Shown piece by piece: positions 48,009 to 56,800 of a DNA stretch of 64,000 nt. Made by a program: the position numbers and the translations under genes. Numbering within the stretch: position 1 is the stretch's first letter; the number at the start of each line of letters is the position of its first letter. The stretch is from positions 192,001-256,000 of IMG/VR virus record IMGVR_UViG_3300031992_000007; one strand, 5' to 3'. Below the pieces are notes generated by a model. The model made no database searches. It was not told the DNA's origin and saw only the letters and a program-made list of their open reading frames with translations. The DNA is from a virus. Taxonomy: Duplodnaviria; Caudoviricetes.

Positions 48009-49372
48009 ATTCCTTTCTTGCGTATCTCATTCAGAGCCCTGAAGAATATGGACAGAAGCTCATGCCTGATGGCATACAAGTTGGCGATGGTGAACAGCAG
48101 ATAGAACTTGGATGAGTCTCCATGAACCAGGTCAAGCAAGACATTGACATCAATGTTCTTAACCTGTCTGACGTAGATGTCGACGTACTTAGAGTACGCT
48201 TTAGCCCATTCGTGTTCATCTAGAGTCTGTATGTAAGGCAGAGAGTTAATATCCCTGCTCCAGCCAGACTTTCCAGAACCAAACCAGCCTTTAGTAAGCT
48301 TCCTTATATGAAGGTTGGAAGTAATACTCTTATTCAGAGCGACATCCTTCTCCCAATCGTAGTTCTTATCGTACTGGAAGAGAGCTACACCTTCATCATT
48401 AAGAGCCTGGATGTTGGTGATATGCCCGCCTTTGAACGTGTACTGTCCATCCGGAATAGTGTACTGCATACCGTTGTAGGTAAAGGTATACGGAACAGTT
48501 TCGTACTCGTCGTAGGAGAACTCAATGACAGTTGAGTCCTGTCTAGAGAAAGTAGAGGGGAGTCCATACTTAGCCTTGAGAGTACCAGCTAACAGTTCAT
48601 CCTTGTAGCTCTGGATAACCTGCTCTCTAGTGGCATTAAGAGGAACTCCAGTTACGAAGTCTACGAAAGAAGGATTGAGTTCGCTTTCGAGAACAGAGTC
48701 TTCATAGACAGTGAATCCGAAGTCTGCTATGATGTCACCAACGTGGTAGTCTTTGTCTTTCTCAAGGATGACATATTCTCCATCCTTGAGTTCGTAATAG
48801 AGTTTGAGATCTTTGAAAGACCCATCCTCAGTTACTACCTTAGCGAGTCCATCGAACCTGAACAAGTTACCTGATGGACTTTGAACAGAACCACCCATCC
48901 ACATAGATCCAATTTGACGAATCGTGAACTGTTGATAGGTTCCAATAGTGAAGTCTATCTTGGTATCAGAAACGATAGGTGTCCACTTACCGATAGTGTT
49001 ATCACCAGTACCAGCAGCCTTGCCATAGGACTTCTCTAGAGCTATGCCTGCTCTAAGAAGATCCTTGTCCTCACCAAGCATTTGCATGGTGACTTCATCA
49101 CCTTTGAGAATGTGTCTGAGGTAGTAGTTGATCTTATCGATAGCTTTGACTATGTAAGTTGTATCTCGTTTGTCGAGCAACCACAAGATCCTCGAATCAT
49201 CTGCTTCCCAGAGTTTGAGTTTCTCCTGCAGCAAAGTAGCATTCAGCAAGTACTCGTTCTGGAGTTTGGGGAACTGGAGTTGGAATACTTTCCATGAAGT
49301 AGGGAACTCTAACTCACAGGTGATGGAGTGATTGATGAGCTCTTGAACATATAGTCTGACACTGGAGATCAT
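47996..49372 (-). CDS. Putative virion protein with one TxD...YY module
   Basis: AGGAGG RBS before MISSVR; TEDGSFKDLKLYY...DYHVGD. Confidence 0.6.
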   Translation of the reverse strand: MISSVRLYVQELINHSITCELEFPTSWKVFQLQFPKLQNEYLLNATLLQEKLKLWEADDSRILWLLDKRDTTYIVKAIDKINYYLRHILKGDEVTMQMLGEDKDLLRAGIALEKSYGKAAGTGDNTIGKWTPIVSDTKIDFTIGTYQQFTIRQIGSMWMGGSVQSPSGNLFRFDGLAKVVTEDGSFKDLKLYYELKDGEYVILEKDKDYHVGDIIADFGFTVYEDSVLESELNPSFVDFVTGVPLNATREQVIQSYKDELLAGTLKAKYGLPSTFSRQDSTVIEFSYDEYETVPYTFTYNGMQYTIPDGQYTFKGGHITNIQALNDEGVALFQYDKNYDWEKDVALNKSITSNLHIRKLTKGWFGSGKSGWSRDINSLPYIQTLDEHEWAKAYSKYVDIYVRQVKNIDVNVLLDLVHGDSSKFYLLFTIANLYAIRHELLSIFFRALNEIRKKGMCLK

Positions 49373-49456
49373 AAGAACCCTCCTAAAAATAAAAGTCATA
49401 AAATTGAGGCACCTCTACCCACACAAGGTGGGTAGAGGGTTCGCAACGTGAGGGAT

Positions 49457-50497
49457 TTATTTCTTGCCAGTTGTTTCGGATGCCTTCTTGTTGGCACCAT
49501 TGAGACACTTGACCTGTTTGCCGAATGCGCGGAGGCACTTGGCGTAGCAGGCGTAGGCAGATGTCTCAGCACGGCACGCCATCTTGGCCATACTGAACGC
49601 AGAGCCGATCATGTTGCCTTGAACGTTGAGAGACTTGAGTCTCTTCATCAGTTCACCAAGACGAGTAGCTTTACCTTTATTGTCAAGGAAGTACTTGGCG
49701 AGCTCAACAGCAGCTGTAGCTGTCCAGCCAGCAGTGGAGAGGACTTTCTTCTCGCGCTTGAGAGCCTCGTCCATGATGGTAACCTTACCGTCTTCAGCCT
49801 TGAGGATGTTGTTACTCTTGGCAACGAACGCAGAGATGTCCTTGTTGAGGTTCTCTGCAACGTTCTTAAACTCGTTGGAGTTGTCACCTTCTGCCGACAC
49901 ACCAGTTATCTTAGCAGTCGAAACCAAGAAGTAGTTCTTGACATCAACATGCTTCGCGACGAATGCATTGAGTCCCTCGCATGCCTCCCTCAGATTCTTG
50001 ACCTGTTCGACAGTGAGCGTCTCCTTCTCAGCAGAGAAGTCGATGTCGTTACCTTTGGTATCGATGATCTTCTGTGCCTGAGCAGAAGCCATGTTAAACA
50101 GTTTGGCGAAGAAGTTGGCAATAGTGTCGATGATGTTGGCGATGAACTTCTTGAGTCCTTCCCAAACTTTGGTCATGTTGTCCTTGATAGCTTCTTGAGC
50201 TATCTGAGGAGTAATAGCTTCCGTGGCATAACCCGTGAGCTGGGTAAGATCTCCACCAGCGTTGAGCTGCTCGATAGCTTCCTTCGTGTAGAAACCATCA
50301 ACCAGAGCAGCTGCCAGAGTGTGAAGGTTCTCGAGTACAGCGAAGACCTCATCGCAGGCTTTGTCTTGAGCAACGAGTTCCTGATAGAACTCTTCTGCAG
50401 CCTGGACTTCGTTGAAGATGTCAATAGCTTCCTGAGCAGGTTCGAACTGACGTTCGTTGCTGGGAACAGTAGTTCCAGAAAGTGCGTATCTGTTCAT
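49457..50497 (-). CDS. Internal head protein (phiKZ inner-body-like family)
   Basis: AAGGAG RBS; acidic propeptide, ATE/AQE sites, then KVWEGLKKFIANIIDTIANFFAKLF helix. Confidence 0.65.
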   Translation of the reverse strand: MNRYALSGTTVPSNERQFEPAQEAIDIFNEVQAAEEFYQELVAQDKACDEVFAVLENLHTLAAALVDGFYTKEAIEQLNAGGDLTQLTGYATEAITPQIAQEAIKDNMTKVWEGLKKFIANIIDTIANFFAKLFNMASAQAQKIIDTKGNDIDFSAEKETLTVEQVKNLREACEGLNAFVAKHVDVKNYFLVSTAKITGVSAEGDNSNEFKNVAENLNKDISAFVAKSNNILKAEDGKVTIMDEALKREKKVLSTAGWTATAAVELAKYFLDNKGKATRLGELMKRLKSLNVQGNMIGSAFSMAKMACRAETSAYACYAKCLRAFGKQVKCLNGANKKASETTGKK

Positions 50498-50501
50498 TGG
50501 A

Positions 50502-50978
50502 TTATTCTCCTTGTGAAATTTTGGCAATACCTTTGTCTTTAATTGCCTTGATGAGTCTGTCTACAAATGGTGCAAAGCCTTTTTCTCCTGCAGTCAGGGT
50601 TCCCATGTTCTTGTTGACTTGTACAGCAGAGTCGTCGAAGAAACAAATCATCGAACAACCTTTCTCCGATGTAACCGGAAGTCGTTCTCCAATGTACTGT
50701 TCTGTCCAGTCTTGGATGACTTTCTCAACCTGTTCGAAAGTAAGTCCATCCACAGCTCTAGACTCAGCAGAACATCTAGCCGTGAAAATCTTGCACTGAA
50801 TACCAACAGCTCTCAGTTTCTTGATAAGGTTGACCATTGCTGATATTGGGTTGCCGATATGCTGCCAACCTTTGAACTCGGTGTACTCAGCAACAGTCCC
50901 GTCTAGATCAAACCCAACCCACCCTTCAGGAAGCTGTTTGGCATTCGACTCTGTTGATATAGAGTATTTAAAGGACAT
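50502..50978 (-). CDS. HAD-superfamily hydrolase-like protein, 158 aa
   Basis: DLDGT motif I, IFTAR motif II, K and FFDD; AGGAG RBS. Confidence 0.75.
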   Translation of the reverse strand: MSFKYSISTESNAKQLPEGWVGFDLDGTVAEYTEFKGWQHIGNPISAMVNLIKKLRAVGIQCKIFTARCSAESRAVDGLTFEQVEKVIQDWTEQYIGERLPVTSEKGCSMICFFDDSAVQVNKNMGTLTAGEKGFAPFVDRLIKAIKDKGIAKISQGE

Positions 50979-51016
50979 AAGATCCTCCTATCATGAAAAT
51001 CATAAAATGTGTTATA

Positions 51017-51857
51017 AGGTGAAGGATGTAATGTCATGACGTATAAGTGGGATGGGAGTCCGACGATACATCCCTACGAGAACGGTTTACCAAATGCCGC
51101 TGCTGTTCGCAAAGAACTAAAATGGCTCTCCAGTTAGAGAGGTGGAATAGAACAACAAGGAAAACATAGACAGGAAGTAAATTGTGTTGCTGGTGCGTGG
51201 TGGAACTATGGAGGACTTGATTCATATATGAATCAACCACCATGTGGATTGATCGTACACCCTAGGCTCTCCATCAGGAGGTGGGTTTCTACAAGTGCAG
51301 AAACTAACAGAGACGTATGTAAACGTAATAGCTGGCGGACCTCCTGGAACAGCGGGGTATGCACAAGGCATCTATCCGTTATTTGACGCATCGGGTTACA
51401 ATAGGCTAGGAAGGCTCTCCTGAGGTGAGACTGTAAAAGATGCCAGCAAAGAAAACACTTATTACGTTTGTGAACTATGGAGGATAGATGATTTAGGTCA
51501 ACCACAAGCACCTGAAGCATATGGACGAGATTGGGCATCTGGTTCAACTATCCTCACCAGGCTCTCCAGGGAGGTGAATACAGAAACGCTGCGAATGGAG
51601 AAATACAATGGCACTATGTCCCAACTCTCCTTAAGTGGATAAAGACGGATGGAGATTATTGGAAGTACAGTAACAATATGTCCTACACGGAATGGCTCTC
51701 CGCCGGAGGTGAAATATGGTCTTACAACAGTGCCCAGACTCCTGCTGACACTCAGAAGGTTCCTAGTAATGGAACTATGAGTTCTATAGGGTATTCACAC
51801 AAACAGTACCCTATTGGCATGGCTGAGAACCTCATATGGAATAAACATAGGCTCTCC
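51017..51857 (+). repeat. Silent cassette array 2 (6 cassettes); the last is identical to the expressed segment
   Basis: GGCTCTCC ends at 51131, 51272, 51420, 51567, 51701 and 51857. Open units: GEGCNVMTY...LKWLS; GGIEQQGKH...HPRLS; GGFLQVQKL...LGRLS; GETVKDASK...LTRLS; GEYRNAANG...TEWLS; GEIWSYNSA...KHRLS. Confidence 0.92.
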
Positions 51858-51915
51858 GAACAAAAAAAGAAAGGACCCGCAAGGGTCCTCCCTCGGGAGA
51901 AGCGAAAGCTTCTCC

Positions 51916-52488
51916 TCACCAGTACGAATCGCCGTCATCTTCGGGCGGCATGAGCGACTTGATCATCTTGGAACGGTTGTTCTCAATACCGTTTCTCCAG
52001 CTGATGTACGTCTCTATGACCTTGTCAGCGAGGTCGATAGATATCGCTGTCTGGGTCAACAGCTCGTACGCATTCTCCAACTTGAGAGTCGTATCGATCG
52101 CGCCTCCGAATATGTCGACGTTGAACGTGGGATGTTCACCGATCTTGCGGATAAGGCACTGCCGCTCTGCAGATCCGTCAGGGGAATGAATGTTCTTATA
52201 CTTGAGATCGAAGCCGTTCCTAGACATGGTTTCACCACCAGGATCGTCTCCAAGTTTCTCAGTTATTTTAACATACCTTCCACCATCGGCAAAGTGCAGT
52301 TCGGAGATAGCCGTCCCACCTTCCATCTCAAAGATTTCGCAGAGCTGCGTATAGCAATCCCGTTCCTTCTCCAGGCAAGACGTGAGCTTTTCAACCACGA
52401 TCTTTCCTAGTTCAGGTATACGATTCGTATACTGCTCGTCGAGCTTCTTGATGTTGTCGAGCGCTTCCTTGAACTTGTTGCTGTCCAT
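51916..52488 (-). CDS. Hypothetical early protein, 190 aa
   Basis: AAGGA RBS; early-like promoter at about 52524-52534; terminator hairpin at 51872-51889. Confidence 0.7.
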   Translation of the reverse strand: MDSNKFKEALDNIKKLDEQYTNRIPELGKIVVEKLTSCLEKERDCYTQLCEIFEMEGGTAISELHFADGGRYVKITEKLGDDPGGETMSRNGFDLKYKNIHSPDGSAERQCLIRKIGEHPTFNVDIFGGAIDTTLKLENAYELLTQTAISIDLADKVIETYISWRNGIENNRSKMIKSLMPPEDDGDSYW

Positions 52489-52639
52489 CGGTTGTTTCCT
52501 TTTCTTTAGGGGGTTAATGTTTATGACACCCTAGTAATGTATATCCAACCAGTTTCGATTAACACAAAAAGTAAAGTACCACTCTACCTCCCACCCGGGA
52601 GGTAGAGCAGCACTAGACTTTGTAGTCAGTCTAAACTGT

Positions 52640-53080
52640 TTAGCTTTCGAGTCCGTTGATGAACGTGAGGAGCTCGAAGAGAACCTCTTCCGAAGTCCAC
52701 TTCTGCTTCTGATCGTTCAGCTCCCGGACCGTCGCATCGTTCGACTCCGCGTCGTGGATGTTGTAATCCCCGTTCTTGTTGAAGGAGAACTGCACCATGA
52801 TGGAGTCACCCGTCTTCGACACCTCGACCTTCGAGACCCAGGTCATATCGCAGAAGCGAGCTTTGCTGGCACGAAGGCCATTGATGCTCACCTCTGGAAG
52901 AGACTTTGGATCACACGGAAACTCGACCATTCCGATCGGGTATTCCGCATCGTCGATGACCGCGTAGTTGGATCCCTTGAATTGACCCTGCGCGAGCAGG
53001 AGACATTCCTCAGGAAGCCCTTTGACCGTTTCCCGCTTGATGTAACGGGGCTGGTTGAATGTTGACTTGAGTGTTTGCAT
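52640..53080 (-). CDS. Hypothetical early protein, 146 aa
   Basis: Early-like promoter TATATATTAC at about 53134; hairpin at about 52582-52608. Confidence 0.65.
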   Translation of the reverse strand: MQTLKSTFNQPRYIKRETVKGLPEECLLLAQGQFKGSNYAVIDDAEYPIGMVEFPCDPKSLPEVSINGLRASKARFCDMTWVSKVEVSKTGDSIMVQFSFNKNGDYNIHDAESNDATVRELNDQKQKWTSEEVLFELLTFINGLES

Positions 53081-53163
53081 TTGTCTTTACCTACCTTTCT
53101 TGATTTGAATTGGTTAGACTAGACTACACCCAAGTAATATATAAACCAACAAAAACGAATGAC

Positions 53164-54051
53164 TTATTTCAGCATCGTTCCCCTGCATTTGCCAAATTGC
53201 TGTTCGCCTCTGATGAAATTGATCAGCTCTTTCATGGTATTGCATTTGTTGACATCATCTACGAGGAAGCCGATATCGAAGAACTTACATATAGCTGTGG
53301 ACAATTCGCTACCGACATTAATAGGCCAGTACTTGCCGAAGACTCCCTTGGTCGTATGATTAGTGAACGTACAACCACTAAGGTTGTACTTCATACACAT
53401 TTCCTTAAACTTAGAGATGGCGAACTGATAGTTCTCGTCCTTCTCTAGATCAGGGTCAGCTTGTTCGTCTTTCTCTGACTCTTCGGGCAGGTGAGCTATC
53501 ACGTCGTTAACTATCCTCTCTATTGCTTCCTTGGTTCCATCCAAGGTTAGCATTTCCAATTTGTATTGACAGTCTTTTCCTTCTGTAAAGAAGGTGTAGA
53601 GATCCTTGGCTATTTGATCTGACTCCTCTTCTGTCTGCAGTCTGCCTTTTGGATTATACTTCTTCTTGCGGTTGAGGAAGTAGTTCAAATTAGTAAAACT
53701 ATTAGCTACGTCATAAACTACCCTGTCAAACGAAGCGAAATCTGTAAGAACCTGATGGTCTTTGCACTGCCTCAAGTAGAAGCTGTTGAGATAGATAGGA
53801 GAATCTGTAATAAGAACATCAGCCCCACCTCTACACCTGTTCATCCTGTAGAACTGTTTGCCTAGAAGATAGAGTTGACTGCCATCCTTGAATGGAGCAG
53901 GATTCTCTTCCCAGACTTTGTCCTTAGCGAACTCAGTAATAAGTTCTGCATTGACCCCTTGCCACTTGAGCTCTTCGAAGACTCCTGCTGCGATAGTTGA
54001 CTTACCTGTACCAGGAGCAGCGATAAGGTTGACTACTATTGGCTTAATCAT
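53164..54051 (-). CDS. P-loop kinase/ATPase (NadR-like/AAA_28 type)
   Basis: VNLIAAPGTGKST Walker A, E.AKD.VWE, LITDSP and GRLQTEEES motifs; AAAGGA RBS before MIKPIVV. Confidence 0.7.
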   Translation of the reverse strand: MIKPIVVNLIAAPGTGKSTIAAGVFEELKWQGVNAELITEFAKDKVWEENPAPFKDGSQLYLLGKQFYRMNRCRGGADVLITDSPIYLNSFYLRQCKDHQVLTDFASFDRVVYDVANSFTNLNYFLNRKKKYNPKGRLQTEEESDQIAKDLYTFFTEGKDCQYKLEMLTLDGTKEAIERIVNDVIAHLPEESEKDEQADPDLEKDENYQFAISKFKEMCMKYNLSGCTFTNHTTKGVFGKYWPINVGSELSTAICKFFDIGFLVDDVNKCNTMKELINFIRGEQQFGKCRGTMLK

Positions 54052-54102
54052 GATGGTTGTTGTCCTTTCTAAAGGAATGTCTATCGATGGGAAATAAATA
54101 CT

Positions 54103-55384
54103 GGAGGTGGAATGGGGGCCAAGATAGTGAACGACAGTGGATACGGACCAAGTCATAATTACAATCCATCACCGTGTGAGTTGTTTTACGATTGGTATTC
54201 TGGTTATTACTTTACAGATAAATTAAGGCTCTCCGTGTTGGAGGTGGCGCAGACGAATCACAGGCTTGTTGGTTATGGCGGGTGTTCGGAAACAATATGG
54301 ATGAGATTGTACAACCAGGGCTTGCTTCAACATCCACAAGGTTCGAGAAATCAATATCCTACAAAGCTGTAAATAGGCTCTCCAGAGAGGTGAGACTTCT
54401 CAATCCGATATTCGCCAACAACTGTGGGGAACAAACTGCCTTTACGTAATGGGGTACGATAGTAACTATGGAAGAATAGAGGGATACTACTGGGCACCAC
54501 GTATTGAATCAGAGCGGGTTAAATATAGGCTCTCCTTTATCAGGAGGTGGAATACAAAATCAATGGAAGGTAGATTACAAAGAAGAATGCTCTCAAACGT
54601 GGTTGATTTGGGCAAATGGAAATTGGTCTAGTGGTGATCCTGGGAATCATGGTAGACAACCGATGGATAATGTAGTAAGGCTCTCCGCCGGAGGTATACC
54701 TAAAATCTCTGAAGAAAAACATGCTCAGTGGATGTTGACAGTGTGGGGCATTAATGGTATAGTTAGAGATAACTGGAGTGGGTCTAACAATGGCTCTGGG
54801 TACCCTAGTCGTAATGAAGATAGGCTCTCCAGTTTGGTATATAGGTGTATACAACCATCATTCGCAAATCTATTACATATTTACAGATATTACGACTCCG
54901 TACAGAAATTCTGGAGATGTGTATTATGCTGATGAAATTGGATGGCCCTTAGCTACTAGACAAAATAGGCTCTCCAGGTGAAGCTACGCATCCAAGTGCT
55001 ATGAACTCAGCATTTGGTTCCACTGGTGGATATGTAAATTCTAACTACACAATATCAGCTGCTACGTTTGAGCAAATATCGAACTGGCCAAATGATCCTC
55101 TATACGTAAGAGATCATAGGCTCTCCGAGGTGAGCGTAGTGGAGGTCAAGTAGCTGGCAACATCGGTCTTACTCTAACATCAGGATTTAGTGCATGGGAT
55201 AAAACATGGAATATCGATATCGTATCGCGACAATATGGGCTCTCCAAAAGGTGATGGAACTAGGATTCATTACTTTCTTGAAAGTGTTTGGGTAGCCCAG
55301 CCATGTCAAGGTCAATTCGACCAAGGCCTGAGATCCGAAGGAAACAACACATATCCAGCTAATGAAAAATACCACTGGCTCTCC
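54103..55384 (+). repeat. Silent cassette array 3 (9 cassettes)
   Basis: GGCTCTCC ends at 54234, 54383, 54535, 54686, 54830, 54975, 55126, 55245 and 55384. All nine units are open from GGT to CTC-TCC, e.g. GGMGAKIVND...KLRLS; GETSQSDIRQ...KYRLS; GEATHPSAMN...DHRLS; GDGTRIHYFL...YHWLS. Confidence 0.92.
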
Positions 55385-55463
55385 AAAACAAAAAAATAAA
55401 CCCCTACCCCACCGTGAGGCGGGGTAGGTGGTTCGTTCAGATATGCATCACTGCAAGTCTTAC

Positions 55464-56789
55464 TTAGGCATTGAGCGCAGCCTTCTCAGCGGAGAGAATG
55501 AGCGCGTTCTTGCCACGGCACCAGTTGAACTGAGCCTGGAGCTGCGAGGTGACCGTAGCCGAGAACTTCTGGATGTCCATAGCGAAATTGGCCGTGGCAT
55601 ACATGAAGTTACGGAAGATCCGGTTAGCATCACTCGAGGCCGCGAAACCAGTACCCTCATCACCCGTCTTCTTCATGTCATCGGCGATCTTCGAGATCAC
55701 AGAATCAGACACGACGTCCGGATTGACGTTAGCCCAAACGCTGATGAAGTCCTGGAGCTGCTTGCGCGAGTTCCAGCCGAGCTGGGTGTTGGAACCCTTC
55801 TGCTCGACCTTGGAGATCGTGAGACGAAGCTTTCCAGCCTCGTTAGCATCCCAGTTCGAGTCAACCTTGACGCCAATACCGAGGTACACTGCCATGACGT
55901 CCTTGATCTTGCGGATCTCGGCATACACAGCATTGAGTTCCTTCTCGGCCATAGCCTCAAGGCTACCCTGACCACCATCCTTCTTGAGCTGCTGTTCGAT
56001 AGCAAGCCAGCCCTTCTTGGACATAGCTGCGGCAGCAGAAGCCTGACGACGGCAGAACTCCATATCCTTGGCGTAACGCTTCACTGCCTCAAGCGCACCC
56101 TTGTAGGTGCAAGGAGCAGTGTTCGGAGCCGGAGCCGGAGCAACCTCAACCTTGGCGACTTCCTTAGCGGCAGCCTCCTTCTTAGCCTCAGGAGCAGCCT
56201 TAACGGCCTCCTTAAGCTCGGTCTTGGCCTTCTCGGTCTCCTCAGGGGTCGAAGCAGCAACAACCGCGTCAGCCTGCTTCTCAACACCCGCAGCAGCCGT
56301 CGCCTTGGCAGCGGCTTCAGCCTTGGGAGCTTCCGATTTGTTCTTGGTGAAGAGATTCTTCAGCCAGTTCCAGAAGCGAGAAGCATAGTCCTTGATCTTG
56401 GCCCAGAGTTCCGCGAAGAACTTCTTGATCTTCTCCCAAACGCTGTCACCAGCGGCCTCGATAGCCTTCTCCCACTTCTGGTCGAGAGCCTCAAGAGCCT
56501 CTTCGCCCATCGACTCGAGAGACTCGAGCGAGGGAGCCTGGAGATTGAGCGCAGCCTGGAGCGATCCATCCGAATCGAGAATGCCGAGCGACTCCTCACC
56601 CACACCGAAGGTAGAGATCGTGTCGAGAGCGGTCTGGAGGGACTCCAGAACCATCTCCGCTTCAGCGAGGTTACCCTGGCAGGTAGCGATGTCAGCAAGA
56701 GCAGCATTCATCCCCTCGACAGAGTCAAGGATCGATTCAGCTGCCGGCTTATCGAACGTAGTGGAGCTGATGGAATACTTAAGTGCCAT
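55464..56789 (-). CDS. Internal head protein (phiKZ inner-body-like), 441 aa
   Basis: AGGAGG RBS; SLESLE cleavage-like sites; VWEKIKKFFAELWAKIK helix; high codon bias. Confidence 0.7.
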   Translation of the reverse strand: MALKYSISSTTFDKPAAESILDSVEGMNAALADIATCQGNLAEAEMVLESLQTALDTISTFGVGEESLGILDSDGSLQAALNLQAPSLESLESMGEEALEALDQKWEKAIEAAGDSVWEKIKKFFAELWAKIKDYASRFWNWLKNLFTKNKSEAPKAEAAAKATAAAGVEKQADAVVAASTPEETEKAKTELKEAVKAAPEAKKEAAAKEVAKVEVAPAPAPNTAPCTYKGALEAVKRYAKDMEFCRRQASAAAAMSKKGWLAIEQQLKKDGGQGSLEAMAEKELNAVYAEIRKIKDVMAVYLGIGVKVDSNWDANEAGKLRLTISKVEQKGSNTQLGWNSRKQLQDFISVWANVNPDVVSDSVISKIADDMKKTGDEGTGFAASSDANRIFRNFMYATANFAMDIQKFSATVTSQLQAQFNWCRGKNALILSAEKAALNA

Positions 56790-56800
56790 ATTCCACCTCC

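Noticed and set aside
51698-51857. Classical DGR template repeat / variable repeat pair
   Set aside because: There are no adenine mismatches between the copies, the other 18 units differ in length and at all bases, and no reverse transcriptase is in the window. A DGR-derived mechanism remains possible.
51531-51953. 140-aa ORF, and similar ORFs at 43114, 54112, 54504 and 55190, as real genes
   Set aside because: These are by-products of open cassettes joined by chance in-frame linkers. They have no convincing RBS, and some run through terminators.
54052-54156. N-terminal extension of the P-loop kinase ORF to 54156
   Set aside because: It overlaps the first cassette of array 3, and a good RBS precedes ATG at 54051.
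54103-55384. CRISPR array interpretation of the regularly spaced repeats (also arrays 1 and 2)
   Set aside because: The constant part is only 8 bp plus 4-5 bp, split by a variable linker. Spacers are over 100 bp and all preserve one reading frame. No cas genes were seen.
32574-55384. Shufflon or invertase-type tail fibre switch
   Set aside because: Cassettes are tandem and co-oriented, lie 10-23 kb from the target, and lack the terminal codons and stop. The expressed cassette is duplicated rather than moved, and no invertase was recognised.
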